Origin: an uncultured Alphaproteobacteria bacterium
Lineage (GTDB): Bacteria > Pseudomonadota > Alphaproteobacteria > RF32 > CAG-239
Direction: 5' to 3'
Length of the DNA stretch: 64,000 bases
NCBI GenBank assembly: GCA_944391315.1
Contig: CALXTD010000004.1
Span: 3,973 to 67,972 of the forward strand
Shown: piece by piece, positions 1 through 9,538 of the stretch
How positions within the stretch are numbered: position 1 is the stretch's first letter
Layout: each line of letters opens with the position of its first letter
Notes under the pieces: model-generated
The model's database searches: none
Seen by the model: the letters and a program-made list of their open reading frames with translations, nothing else
Told to the model about the DNA's origin: nothing
Made by a program: the position numbers and the translations under genes

Positions 1-1583
1 TGGCTGTGGCTGGTACATCTGAAGGTGTGCTGATGGTTGAGTCTGAGGCTCAGGAATTGTCTGAAGAAACCATGCTTGGCGCCGTTATGTTCGGATTTGA
101 AAACTTCCAGCCGGTTATTGCCATGATTAACGAAATGGTTAAAGAAGCCGGAAAGCCGCGTTGGGAAATGCCGAAATTTCCGCCGGAGTTTGATGAACTC
201 TATAACAAACTGGAAAAAGGCTTTATCTCTAAGTTTGAAGAAGCTTTCAAAGAAACCGATAAATTGAAACGTGGTGAACTCGTTGCTCAGGCTTCTGAAG
301 AATTTAAGGCAACCCTTGATCCGGAAAATGAGTTTGACCAAAAGTTTGCTCAAGACGCTATTGAAAAATTGATGCACAAAGTTGTTCGCGAAAAAGTTTT
401 GACAACCGGTAAACGTATTGACGGTCGTGATACCAAAACTGTTCGTCCGATTTGGTGCGAAGTTGATGTTTTGCCGATGGCTCATGGTTCAGCTATCTTT
501 ACTCGTGGCGAAACTCAGGCTTTGGTTGTTACAACTTTGGGTACGGGCGAAGATGCTCAAATTGTTGACGGTTTGATGGAAGAATATAAAGAAGACTTTA
601 TGCTGAACTATAACTTCCCGCCGTTCTCGGTTGGTGAATGTGGTCGTATCGGTAGCCCCGGACGTCGTGAAATCGGTCACGGAAAATTGGCTTGGCGTGC
701 TATTCACCCGATGATGCCGAAAAATAAAGATACATTTCCTTATACTGTTCGCGTTGTTTCTGAAATTTTGGAATCAAACGGTTCTTCTTCAATGGCAACG
801 GTTTGCGGAACAACCATGTCTTTGATGTCTGCCGGTGTGCCAATGGCTAAACCGGTAGCCGGTATTGCTATGGGCTTGATTAAGGAAGAAGATGGTCGTG
901 TGGCCGTTTTGACCGATATTCTCGGTGATGAAGACCACCTCGGCGATATGGACTTTAAGGTTGCCGGTACAAAAGACGGTGTTACCGCTTTGCAGATGGA
1001 TATTAAAATCACATCAATCACCAAAGATATTATGAAAACCGCTTTGGCTCAGGCTCATGAAGGTCGTATCCATATTTTGGGTGAGATGGCAAAGGCTATT
1101 TCTGAACCGCGTCCTCATGTTTCGGACAAAGCGCCGCGTATTGTTGCAATTAAGATTCCGGTTGATAAAATTCGTGAAGTTATCGGTTCAGGCGGTAAAG
1201 TTATTCGTGAAATTACCGAAAAAACGCACTGCAAAATTGATATCAGCGACGATGGTGTTATCAAAATTGCTTCGCTCAAAAAAGAAGACGGTGATGCTGC
1301 TCTTGAATGGATTACCGGTATTGTTGCTGAGCCGGAAGAAGGCAAAATCTATCATGGTGTTATTACCAAGATTATGGATTTTGGTGCTTTTGTTCGTTTT
1401 CTCGGAACAACCGAAGGTTTGGTTCACATTTCCGAAGTCAAGAATGAGCGCATTGCTTCCGTTTCCGACTTCTACAAAGAAGGTGACTCAATTTGGGTAA
1501 AATGTCTTGGCACGGACAATCGTGGCAAGGTTAAGCTTTCCGCAAAGAGAGTTAATCAGGAGACAGGGGAAGACCTCGAATAA
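1..1583 (+). CDS. pnp: Polyribonucleotide nucleotidyltransferase (PNPase), C-terminal ~525 aa; N-terminus lies upstream of the window
   Basis: Frame open to window edge (track ORF 6..1583); RNase PH motifs TRGETQALV and [13 protein letters not shown] motif [11 protein letters not shown]1 domain [15 protein letters not shown]. Confidence 0.95.
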   Translation, partial: AVAGTSEGVLMVESEAQELSEETMLGAVMFGFENFQPVIAMINEMVKEAGKPRWEMPKFPPEFDELYNKLEKGFISKFEEAFKETDKLKRGELVAQASEEFKATLDPENEFDQKFAQDAIEKLMHKVVREKVLTTGKRIDGRDTKTVRPIWCEVDVLPMAHGSAIFTRGETQALVVTTLGTGEDAQIVDGLMEEYKEDFMLNYNFPPFSVGECGRIGSPGRREIGHGKLAWRAIHPMMPKNKDTFPYTVRVVSEILESNGSSSMATVCGTTMSLMSAGVPMAKPVAGIAMGLIKEEDGRVAVLTDILGDEDHLGDMDFKVAGTKDGVTALQMDIKITSITKDIMKTALAQAHEGRIHILGEMAKAISEPRPHVSDKAPRIVAIKIPVDKIREVIGSGGKVIREITEKTHCKIDISDDGVIKIASLKKEDGDAALEWITGIVAEPEEGKIYHGVITKIMDFGAFVRFLGTTEGLVHISEVKNERIASVSDFYKEGDSIWVKCLGTDNRGKVKLSAKRVNQETGEDLE

Positions 1584-2001
1584 AAAAGTTCGTATAATGG
1601 TCGATTAGTGCGTTGTCTGCGGGTCAAAAGTGTCCTCACGTACTACTCTGTACGCTGCGGTACTTTTGCCCTTGACGCCTACTACTCGACTCATTCTCCG
1701 AACTTTTTGAAAAGTCATCTAGAGGCATTTTACGCTGTCTCGAAAAATTCATGTACTACTTTGTACACTAAAATTTTTCTCTCAGCTAGAAATGCCTCTA
1801 TCTGTACTATTATCCCCAGTTTTAAGTCGTAGAAAAGCTCGTATAACGGGCAACTAATACAGATTTAGCTGGTCTCCGACATCCTCACGTACTACTCTGT
1901 ACGCTGCGGTGTCGTCGCCCTAAAATCTTATTATTTGCCTCGTTTTCCAAACTTTTACAAAGTTTGTATAGCGTGCAACTAATACAGTGTTATCAAGCTG
2001 G
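1584..2001 (+). repeat. Array of long imperfect-palindrome units (A 1584-1708, B 1709-1823, C 1824-1956, half unit 1957-2001) starting right after the pnp stop codon
   Basis: Each unit folds on itself around loop GTACTACT(C/T)TGTAC; termini AAAAG(T/C)TCGTATAA.. and ..TTCTCCGA(A/C)CTTTT; units A and B recur at 60522-60775. Confidence 0.85.
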
Positions 2002-2009
2002 CAAATATT

Positions 2010-2582
2010 CTACAAATGTTGTTTTTGGCCGATGAGGTTGGAATAAGCGGCCATGCCTTTTTCCAGCAAAGTCGGCAGGGTTTCGCTTATCATATCAATC
2101 TCAGCAAAAATGGTTTCTTTATCTGCTTTTGAAAAGCCGCCTAAAACATAGTTTACAACTTCTTCGCCGTGTCCTTGTGGGTGGCCGACACCAATGCGGA
2201 TGCGGTTGTAATTCGGCGTAATTGCGGCATCAATGGATTTGAGCCCGTTATGTCCGCCGGCGCCACCACCAAGTTTGGCTTTGAGCTTGCCAACAGGTAA
2301 GTCCATGTCGTCATGGATAACCACGATATTTTGCGGCAAAATCTTATAAAAAGAAGCGGCTTTAACGACAGAATTGCCGGACAGATTCATAAAAGTTTGT
2401 GGTTTTAGCAAATAAACTTTTTCATTGCCGATTTTTCCTTCGGCAATGAGGCCGTCAAATTTGTTTTTAAACGTTCCGAACGCATAGTTTTCATGCAGAG
2501 CGTCGGCCGCCATAAATCCGACATTGTGGCGGGTGGCTGAATATTCTGCTCCGGGGTTTCCTAAACCGACAATCAAAAACAT
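2010..2582 (-). CDS. pth: Peptidyl-tRNA hydrolase
   Basis: 190 aa; N-terminal signature LIVGLGNPGAEYSATRHNVGF. Confidence 0.95.
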   Translation of the reverse strand: MFLIVGLGNPGAEYSATRHNVGFMAADALHENYAFGTFKNKFDGLIAEGKIGNEKVYLLKPQTFMNLSGNSVVKAASFYKILPQNIVVIHDDMDLPVGKLKAKLGGGAGGHNGLKSIDAAITPNYNRIRIGVGHPQGHGEEVVNYVLGGFSKADKETIFAEIDMISETLPTLLEKGMAAYSNLIGQKQHL

Positions 2583-2595
2583 ATTTTTTTACCTT

Positions 2596-2623
2596 CAAAA
2601 AAAACGGGAGCTAAACTCCCGTT
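2596..2623 (-). terminator. Hairpin plus T-run between rplY and pth (possible partial terminator)
   Basis: Minus strand reads ACGGGAG-TTTAG-CTCCCGT followed by TTTTTTTT. Confidence 0.5.
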
Positions 2624-2693
2624 CTATGAGCAATTTATCATCGCAAAGCCCATCCGAGAGAAGCATAGTGGACGACTTTCACGATGAAGAGAC

Positions 2694-2984
2694 TTACTTT
2701 CTGAGAAAATCGACGTGAATAGCTCTGTCGCTAACCGGATGGAATTGAACATCCTGACATTTAACGGCATAGTTTTTGCCGTCAACGTTAACGTCAATAT
2801 CAAAGCTGTATAAGCCAGCCATATCCAAAGCTTTTTCAACTTGAACAGGGTCAAGACTAATCATGACCGGAGCTTCTTTTCCACCATAAATTACGGCAGG
2901 AATACGGCCCTCACGACGACATGCGCGAGCTGCCCCCTTACCTGCTGTTTCACGCTTTTTAGCATTAAAAATTAAATCAGCCAT
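2694..2984 (-). CDS. rplY: 50S ribosomal protein L25, short form (96 aa)
   Basis: N-terminus KKRETAGKGAARACRREGRIPAVIYGG typical of L25; sits upstream of pth as in many bacteria. Confidence 0.85.
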   Translation of the reverse strand: MADLIFNAKKRETAGKGAARACRREGRIPAVIYGGKEAPVMISLDPVQVEKALDMAGLYSFDIDVNVDGKNYAVKCQDVQFHPVSDRAIHVDFLRK

Positions 2985-3200
2985 TTTAAAATTCCTTTAT
3001 TAAAAAAAACAAATTTTATGCCTTAAAACCTCCAGGGGTGTTCTAAAGCAAGTTCTGTTTACCTCTTATTTGTTTAAAATGCAAGAACTTTTTTGTAAAA
3101 ATGTTTGATTTTGCAAAAAAATACAGGGCTTTGGGGCTCTGTATTTTTTTTGTTTTTTTTATTCTTCGATTTTCAAGTATCATTTTATGCTTAAAAGGTC

Positions 3201-3230
3201 AAACAAAAAAAGGAGAGCTTAAAGCTCCCC
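3201..3230 (-). terminator. Rho-independent terminator overlapping the stop codon of the 3219..3716 gene
   Basis: Minus strand GGGGAGCTTTAAGCTCTCC followed by TTTTTTT. Confidence 0.5.
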
Positions 3231-3716
3231 TTGATGTTTAATTTCCGTCGGTTCGACGATGATTTCATTTTGTTTGCATAACAAAACCGTAACCGGTATG
3301 ATGTCGTTATATTTATAATCGGCATGCAATGGGCAGAGCAATCTGGCTGGAAAGACTTCTGCAGTGTTGTTAATAGCTAGTTCACCGTAGATCTTTTTGC
3401 CATAAAAGGTGGTAATGCGAAAGAAGAGGGTGCCGCTGTGCAAAATTAATTTGAATTTTGCTTCTGCCATTTTTATAGAGATAAACCCTATTATTACTGT
3501 TATGACAATGAATAGTAAAAAATATGGATTTGCCTTCTCATTGCCTGCAAAGTAAAAAAATGACAGAAAACCTAAAACAAATATCCAGAATCCGTTCCAC
3601 ATTTTCCATAAGGTTTGTTTGATAAAATTCCAAAATGGTTGCTTGAATGCTACATAGAAGAAGCTGATGACAATGACCGCGATAGGAAGCAGTACAAAAA
3701 TTTCTAAAGTGCTCAT
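3219..3716 (-). CDS. Hypothetical membrane-anchored protein (3 predicted N-terminal TM helices, soluble C-terminal part)
   Basis: 165-aa ORF with hydrophobic stretches LLPIAVIVISFFYV, FWIFVLGFLSFFYF, FLLFIVITVIIGFISI; own terminator; no family recognised. Confidence 0.55.
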   Translation of the reverse strand: MSTLEIFVLLPIAVIVISFFYVAFKQPFWNFIKQTLWKMWNGFWIFVLGFLSFFYFAGNEKANPYFLLFIVITVIIGFISIKMAEAKFKLILHSGTLFFRITTFYGKKIYGELAINNTAEVFPARLLCPLHADYKYNDIIPVTVLLCKQNEIIVEPTEIKHQGEL

Positions 3717-3818
3717 AAAAATAAGGTATTATAAATTAATAACTAAAATAATAATTCTCTGATTTTTAGGTAGCACTTTATGTCAAAAATGTCAAATAAA
3801 AATTTATGCTTCGTTTTT

Positions 3819-4289
3819 TTAGCCTTGAGGGAAGAGGTGGGTTTGGCGTAAGCCTTCACCCAAGACCATGGCTGCCGAAACCGCCATATTAATCGAACGA
3901 GCGTTTTTGTTCATCGGGATTAATAGTCGAGCATCAACAGTTTCATGAACTTCTTGTGGAACGCCGGCGCTCTCTCTGCCCATTAAGATAATGTCATTTT
4001 TCTTAAAATTGAACTCGGTATAAGGGTTTGATGCATGGGTGGTCATTAAAACCAAGCGCCCGTATTCTTCGGGATGTTCTTGGCGAAACGCTAAGAAATC
4101 TTGCCAAGAATTATGCCGGCGGTAGGATACTTGTTCCAAGTAATCCATACCGGCGCGGCGCATGGCTTTTTCATTAAAAATAAAGCCGCAAGGTTCAATG
4201 ATATCCAGAGCAACGTCTAAACAAGCCCCAAGCCGCAGCAATGTGCCGGTGTTTTGCGGAATGTCGGGTTGAAACAAAGCCAAGCGCAT
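3819..4289 (-). CDS. trmL: SpoU/TrmH-fold tRNA 2'-O-methyltransferase, TrmL-like
   Basis: 156 aa; motifs LMGRESAGVP and IPM..ARSINMAVSAAMVL; size fits TrmL. Confidence 0.8.
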   Translation of the reverse strand: MRLALFQPDIPQNTGTLLRLGACLDVALDIIEPCGFIFNEKAMRRAGMDYLEQVSYRRHNSWQDFLAFRQEHPEEYGRLVLMTTHASNPYTEFNFKKNDIILMGRESAGVPQEVHETVDARLLIPMNKNARSINMAVSAAMVLGEGLRQTHLFPQG

Positions 4290-4305
4290 CTTTTCACCTT
4301 ATTCT

Positions 4306-5418
4306 TTATACATTAAACAAGAAGAGCAAGACATCACCGTCCTGAACGATATATTCTTTGCCTTCGGAGCGGACTTTTCCGGCTTCTTTGCAGCCTTGTT
4401 CGCCACCAAATTTGATGAAGTCATCAAAGGCGATGGTTTCGGCGCGGATGAAGCCTTTTTCAAAGTCAGAGTGGATGATTCCGGCGCATTGCGGAGCTTT
4501 TGAGCCTTTGATAAAAGTCCATGCACGGACTTCCTTCGGGCCGCAAGTGAAGTAAGTTTGCAAGCCTAAAAGCTTGTAACCGGCGCGGATAATCTTGGCT
4601 AAGCCGGTTTCTGACAAGCCTAAAGAGTCTAAAAATTCTTTTTTCTCTTCTTCATTATCAAGCTGAGCAACTTCGGACTCGATTTCTGCTGAAATAATGA
4701 CCGCTTCGGTTCCTTCCTTTTTAGCACGTTCTTCAACTTGTTTAGAAAAATTATTGCCCTCAGCTGCGGAGGCTTCATCAACATTGCAGACATATAAAAC
4801 CGGCTTTGAGGTTAAAAGTTGGAGCATTTCGTATTGTTTATAGGCCTCTTTATCTGATTTATCCGGTGCGGCAGAACGAGCCGGCTTGCCTGCGCGAAGA
4901 GCTTCGATAATCGGCTCCATAACTTGGGCGCGGATTTTGGCTTCTTTATCACCACCGGTTTGGGCTTTTTTCTTGGTTTGTTCAAAGCGTTTTTCCAAAG
5001 ATTCCAAGTCGGCAATCATTAACTCGGTTTCGACAATGTCGGCATCACGGATGGGGTCGACTGAGCCTTCGACATGGGTAATGTTATCATCTTCAAAACA
5101 ACGCAAAACATGAATAATCGCGTCAACCTCGCGGATGTTGGCCAAGAACTGGTTGCCTAAGCCTTCGCCTTTAGATGCACCTTTTACCAATCCGGCAATG
5201 TCAACAAATTCAAGCTGAGTCGGCGTGACCATGCGTGGTTTTACAATCTCGGTCAGTTGTTTTAATCTTTCGTCCGGAACGGCAACGCGGCCGGTGTTTG
5301 GCTCAATCGTGCAAAACGGAAAATTTGCTGCCTGTGCCGCAATCGTTTGTGTTAAAGCGTTAAACAACGTCGATTTTCCGACATTTGGCAAACCGACAAT
5401 CCCGCAATTAAAACCCAT
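4306..5418 (-). CDS. ychF: Ribosome-binding ATPase YchF
   Basis: P-loop [18 protein letters not shown]; C-terminal [24 protein letters not shown]. Confidence 0.95.
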   Translation of the reverse strand: MGFNCGIVGLPNVGKSTLFNALTQTIAAQAANFPFCTIEPNTGRVAVPDERLKQLTEIVKPRMVTPTQLEFVDIAGLVKGASKGEGLGNQFLANIREVDAIIHVLRCFEDDNITHVEGSVDPIRDADIVETELMIADLESLEKRFEQTKKKAQTGGDKEAKIRAQVMEPIIEALRAGKPARSAAPDKSDKEAYKQYEMLQLLTSKPVLYVCNVDEASAAEGNNFSKQVEERAKKEGTEAVIISAEIESEVAQLDNEEEKKEFLDSLGLSETGLAKIIRAGYKLLGLQTYFTCGPKEVRAWTFIKGSKAPQCAGIIHSDFEKGFIRAETIAFDDFIKFGGEQGCKEAGKVRSEGKEYIVQDGDVLLFLFNV

Positions 5419-5499
5419 TAAAAAAACTCCTTAAAAACAAAATCTTAAAAATTGATTTGGTTATAACCGAATTCAATCGAGATTGCAACCGCTTTTTTG

Positions 5500-5528
5500 T
5501 TGACAAGGATTGTAAAATTTTATATTCT
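5500..5528 (+). promoter_or_regulatory. Sigma70-like promoter candidate for the 5569..6108 gene
   Basis: TTGACA at 5500-5505; TATATT/TATTCT 15-17 nt downstream. Confidence 0.4.
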
Positions 5529-5568
5529 TAATCCAATTCTTTATTACTCTTTTTATTATTTTAAAATT

Positions 5569-6108
5569 ATGAAAGAAAATCGTGTTAAAAAAGCTTTAGA
5601 AATGCGCTTTTGGGGGCTGGGAGCCAAGCATCGGATTAAGCGTTTGTTGAATGGTATTTTGGATAGTGAGAAAACTTCGGTCCAACCTTTGTCTGAAGAT
5701 GAGGTTATGGCTTTGTTGAAATGTATGTCTTTGTCTAATCCTGAATATCGGCCTCGTGAATTTTGGGATGATTGTTTTGAGCGAATTGCTCCGTATATCG
5801 TTCTTTCTTTGTATGAAAAACCATTGAATTTTATTTCAACTTATGGGTATTTGCAAGACACTTTCTTGGAAATTTTACGCAAGGGAGGGCTATACGACAA
5901 TCTGAAGTTTCAACAAAAATTATGTGAGGTTGATGCTTGTATGCGACCCAAGTTTGCTAACTTGCTTTGGGGATATGCTCGGCGATGGTCTTTGCCTCAG
6001 ACATTGGAAAAGGAGATAGTGTCTGATAAAAAATATGCCCAAGTGAAGTCAGCTTATTCTTCTGCTAGAAATATTACCGAAAGAAAAGGTGCAATTGCTC
6101 CTAAATGA
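5569..6108 (+). CDS. Hypothetical protein (179 aa)
   Basis: ATG at 5569 inside track ORF 5497..6108 (upstream part is AT-rich promoter-like sequence); followed by a terminator; no family recognised. Confidence 0.55.
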   Translation: MKENRVKKALEMRFWGLGAKHRIKRLLNGILDSEKTSVQPLSEDEVMALLKCMSLSNPEYRPREFWDDCFERIAPYIVLSLYEKPLNFISTYGYLQDTFLEILRKGGLYDNLKFQQKLCEVDACMRPKFANLLWGYARRWSLPQTLEKEIVSDKKYAQVKSAYSSARNITERKGAIAPK

Positions 6109-6117
6109 TTTTATTTT

Positions 6118-6148
6118 AGCCGCTGAAGAAAATTCAGTGGCTTTTTTT
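6118..6148 (+). terminator. Rho-independent terminator
   Basis: AGCCGCTGAA-GAAAA-TTCAGTGGCT followed by TTTTTTT. Confidence 0.7.
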
Positions 6149-6219
6149 GTTGACTTTTGTCTAATGTGGGATATATTAAGCTCAATTCACTTTATTATTA
6201 ATGCTTAAATTATTTTAAT

Positions 6220-7005
6220 ATGAAACAGTATCTTGAATTACTCAAAGACATTATGGAAAACGGTCATGATAAGGAAGATCGCACAGGTACAGGAACACGC
6301 TCTGTTTTTGGGCGTAGTATGAGGTTTGATTTGTCGCAAGGGTTTCCACTACTGACAACAAAGAGAATGTTCCTCAAAGGCGTGATTTCCGAGCTGTTAT
6401 GGTTTGTCAAAGGGGACACGAATATTGAGTTCCTGCATGACAATGGTGTTCATATCTGGGACGAATGGGCTGACGAAAACGGTAACCTCGGGCCTATTTA
6501 TGGTGCGCAATGGCGCAACTGGGATAATTTCGGAATTGACCAATTGAAAAAGCTGGTTGAAGACATCAAAAACACGCCGGATAGCCGCCGTCTCATTGTT
6601 TCAGCTTGGAATCCGACGCAGCTTGATGAAATGGCTTTGCCGCCGTGCCACATGATGTATCAATGCTATGTGCAAGACGGAAAGCTGTCGCTCATGATGT
6701 ATCAGCGTAGCGGGGACATGTTTCTTGGTGTGCCGTTCAACATTGCCTCTTATGCTTTACTGACTATGATGTTGGCGCAAGTCTGTGGGCTTGAAGTTGG
6801 TGAGTATATTCATGTTTTGGGTGATGCTCATATCTATAAAAACCACTTTGGGCAGGTGAAAGAGCAACTCTCTCGAGAGCCTTATCCGCTGCCAAAAATG
6901 GTTTTGAATCCAGCTGTTCGTGAAATCGATGGTTTTACGCTTAAAGATTTTACGCTGGAAGGGTATCAGTATCATCCGGCGATTAAGGGGAAAGTTTCGG
7001 TTTAA
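6220..7005 (+). CDS. thyA: Thymidylate synthase (ThyA type)
   Basis: [12 protein letters not shown], catalytic [30 protein letters not shown]. Confidence 0.95.
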   Translation: MKQYLELLKDIMENGHDKEDRTGTGTRSVFGRSMRFDLSQGFPLLTTKRMFLKGVISELLWFVKGDTNIEFLHDNGVHIWDEWADENGNLGPIYGAQWRNWDNFGIDQLKKLVEDIKNTPDSRRLIVSAWNPTQLDEMALPPCHMMYQCYVQDGKLSLMMYQRSGDMFLGVPFNIASYALLTMMLAQVCGLEVGEYIHVLGDAHIYKNHFGQVKEQLSREPYPLPKMVLNPAVREIDGFTLKDFTLEGYQYHPAIKGKVSV

Positions 7006-7023
7006 ATCTCTTCCTTTGTTTCG

Positions 7024-7051
7024 GGGTTGCCTTTGGGCAGCCCTTTTTTTT
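7024..7051 (+). terminator. Rho-independent terminator after thyA
   Basis: GGGTTGCC-TTTG-GGCAGCCC followed by TTTTTTTT. Confidence 0.7.
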
Positions 7052-8411
7052 ATTTTATCAGAAGGCGCTGGGTGCGGGAAATACTGGAAGTGATTTTTCT
7101 GATATTCTCAGAGAGTTCCATATTTTCATAAATATACAATGCGTCGTGAAAATATTCCATGGCTTCTTCAAAATGAGAATTGCCGCCGCCATTTTGCCCA
7201 AGTTGATAATGAATGTTACCAATGGCTTCTTGGATATGTGCCCAAGCCAGCGGATTGCGTCGTTCGGTAACCACCTTTTGTTGGTTGCGGTAGCTGTTAA
7301 TTGCCACTTCGGAAATTTCGCTGCTGTGGGTTATGCTTCCCAGTAAAGCAAGCATTTTTCCTAACTGTCCTTGAAGCTCGGCCCAAAAATTTGGAAATAG
7401 TGCGAAGGTGTATATTTTTTCAGCTTCTCTTAGGTGAAAAACAGCATCTCTTAAAGCCTGCAAATCTTCTTTTTGTTTCCAATAATTATAATACAGATTT
7501 GATAACTTGTAAGATATGTAGCCGTAGTCGTAAGCATAAGTGTATTTGCTTAAATATTTTTGTGCTTGGCGGTAATAGCTGATTGCACCGCGGTAGTAAT
7601 TAATCGGGTTGCGCGTTGTGCATTGTGCCGCCGAATCGTATAGTTGCCCAAAGTGGTAATATATGCAGCCCAGATGAATCGGATTGCTGATTAAATCTTG
7701 TTTTTTTAGGGCGGCATTCAAAAGCTGGTTTATGGTGCGGAAGTTTCTGCCGTCTTCTTCTTCGTGCGCGTAACTCAGATATATTATGCCTAAGAAGTTT
7801 AATATATAAGGCAGATATTCTTCAGGCATGTTTTTTGCCGAATCATCTTTTGTCAGGTTATAAATCGTTCTTTTTAGAAGGTAACGGCGGTAGATTCTTT
7901 GTTGTGCGTCAAGAGGACTGATGGCGCTGAGGATGGCTCCGTTTATCAAATTATGAATGGCTGGCGGAAATAAAGCCGGATTTTCTAAGAATGAGGCCGG
8001 TATGTAAAGGCTGTCCAGCAAGCTGACAAAGGATTTATCCTCGGTTTCATATTGTTTTCCGGTTTGAAAATTGAGTCTGATTTTATCGCCTTCTCTTTTG
8101 CCCCAGATGATGACATCGGCTTTGGTGCGATCAAGAAGAGATTGTCCTCGGTCTATCAGGTCAAATATGGTGCGGCTTTCCAGTGATAATATATTTTGCG
8201 GATAGTCGTGCTCATAGTAAAAACTTTTGAAGTAGTCGGCATCTCCAAGCAATCGAGCCAGCACTTTTCCTGAATCATTTTCTACATTGTCAGCAAACTC
8301 TATAACACCGACAGAAAAATATATGTGTTTGTAGTCTGAAAGGTTTAAGGGTTTTTCCTTGGCCTTTTGCTGGGGATATAAAAGACTGAAAAGCTTTTGC
8401 ACTAAGTTCAT
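7050..8411 (-). CDS. Hypothetical Tyr-rich, TPR-like helical repeat protein (453 aa)
   Basis: Long ORF; repeated Y/A-rich helical segments (YYRGAISYYRQAQKY, AMEYFHDALYIYENM); family not recognised. Confidence 0.6.
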   Translation of the reverse strand: MNLVQKLFSLLYPQQKAKEKPLNLSDYKHIYFSVGVIEFADNVENDSGKVLARLLGDADYFKSFYYEHDYPQNILSLESRTIFDLIDRGQSLLDRTKADVIIWGKREGDKIRLNFQTGKQYETEDKSFVSLLDSLYIPASFLENPALFPPAIHNLINGAILSAISPLDAQQRIYRRYLLKRTIYNLTKDDSAKNMPEEYLPYILNFLGIIYLSYAHEEEDGRNFRTINQLLNAALKKQDLISNPIHLGCIYYHFGQLYDSAAQCTTRNPINYYRGAISYYRQAQKYLSKYTYAYDYGYISYKLSNLYYNYWKQKEDLQALRDAVFHLREAEKIYTFALFPNFWAELQGQLGKMLALLGSITHSSEISEVAINSYRNQQKVVTERRNPLAWAHIQEAIGNIHYQLGQNGGGNSHFEEAMEYFHDALYIYENMELSENIRKITSSISRTQRLLIK

Positions 8412-8415
8412 TGGT

Positions 8416-9462
8416 CTAGTCTTTCGTCTTTAGCCCGTCGGCGAAGTTGCTGACATTGGTTTTAATGTCATTTATTACTGTGCTATTAATTTCTTTTAAT
8501 GTCGGGATAGCTTCTTTCCAGTGCCAGAGGCGATGGAAAAACCAGATGCAGCTCATGAGTGCAAATATCGGCAATGAATATGCGTTTGGAGCAAAAGCCG
8601 AAAATCCTCCCAATATGATTAAAAGCAATAAGAGTTTGCTGATGGCGGCTGTTGTTTCTGCAGGTGTTAAGCCGCTTAATCCGATTAAATAATAGTCAGA
8701 GTTTTGGGATAATTGATTTTTATTGCCTCTTGTTAAGAAGTAACGTCCGAGGCTGATGATTATTTGATAAGCAAAAAACATATTGAAGCAGAGTATGCAG
8801 CTGCCGGCGCCTTCAGTGGCGGCTTTTAAGTTAAACCATGCTAAAATAAAACCAAGTGCCCAGCTATCTGCTTTTGATAATTTTAGTTTTGCGGGGTAGT
8901 TGTCAAATAATTGCCAAGCGCTAAAAATGCTAATAGCGCATAGAGCCATGATGCCTATGAACAAAGGAGCTCCGCCAATTAGGCTGAGAATGCCAATGCC
9001 GCCCAAGACCCCAAGGCTTTGTGCGCCGGTTATGCCATTGGTGGTGCTTAGCCAGCTAAAGCAATAAGCATAAATCGTCCAGAGCAAGATGAGTGTGCTT
9101 CTGTCCGCCCAAAAGTCTAATTCTCCATTAAATATCATGCCATTGGCAGGAAGTGTGAAACTAGCAATTTCGGCACCGAGAAAAAGTATTAATAGATTGA
9201 GCTTAGGAAATTTTTGGAGCAAAATGTAAAGAACAGCACTGATGGCAGCTAGAGATGGAATTTCCCAGATATAAAGCGCCGAGATAAAATCGGTTTGAGG
9301 CGGCAGTGCAAAATAGAGGCTCATCCAGCCGGCAAAAATTGCGGTCCACAAAAGCCAAAATGTTCCTTTGCCATTGTTGGCAGAGATTTGTTTTAATCCG
9401 ATAAAGCTTCCTAAAAAGCACAGGATTATGGCGATTGTAATTGCTATTAAGCTTTTTTCCAT
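8416..9462 (-). CDS. Hypothetical polytopic inner-membrane protein (348 aa, ~9-10 TM)
   Basis: Almost entirely hydrophobic ORF ending 4 nt upstream of the TPR-like gene; no catalytic motif recognised. Confidence 0.6.
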   Translation of the reverse strand: MEKSLIAITIAIILCFLGSFIGLKQISANNGKGTFWLLWTAIFAGWMSLYFALPPQTDFISALYIWEIPSLAAISAVLYILLQKFPKLNLLILFLGAEIASFTLPANGMIFNGELDFWADRSTLILLWTIYAYCFSWLSTTNGITGAQSLGVLGGIGILSLIGGAPLFIGIMALCAISIFSAWQLFDNYPAKLKLSKADSWALGFILAWFNLKAATEGAGSCILCFNMFFAYQIIISLGRYFLTRGNKNQLSQNSDYYLIGLSGLTPAETTAAISKLLLLLIILGGFSAFAPNAYSLPIFALMSCIWFFHRLWHWKEAIPTLKEINSTVINDIKTNVSNFADGLKTKD

Positions 9463-9538
9463 AAGCGCTTGGGCCTCAAAATTGTTCTCATCCTTGTTAT
9501 TTTATATTATGTTTTCTTTTGAGCTTCAACTATTACAA

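Noticed and set aside
489-1500. Nested or antisense ORFs inside pnp (489..707, 740..1024, 1057..1500, 1115..1345, 1188..1427), and the many similar 60-150 aa track ORFs inside other long genes throughout the window
   Set aside because: They lie wholly within strongly supported conserved genes, have biased low-complexity translations and no RBS or terminator of their own. They are typical shadow ORFs.
1608-1832. ORFs 1608..1832 (+) and 60568..60867 (+), which share the peptide HLEAFYAVSKNSCTTLYTKIFLSARNASIC and could look like a small paralogous gene family
   Set aside because: Both run through the palindromic repeat units. The shared peptide is a by-product of DNA repeat identity. There is no RBS, and the frames are not maintained across the other unit types.
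1584-2001. Integron attC-like sites (conserved ends, variable structured centre)
   Set aside because: Units abut each other with no cassette ORFs between them. There is no intI gene. The termini (GTATAAC / GTTCTCC) do not fit RYYYAAC / GTTRRRY.
8416-9462. MraY/WecA-type glycosyl-phosphate transferase assignment for the polytopic membrane protein (NGITGAQSLG vaguely resembles N..DG.DGL)
   Set aside because: The acidic residues that define the motif are absent, and I could not find the other family motifs. It is left as a hypothetical membrane protein.
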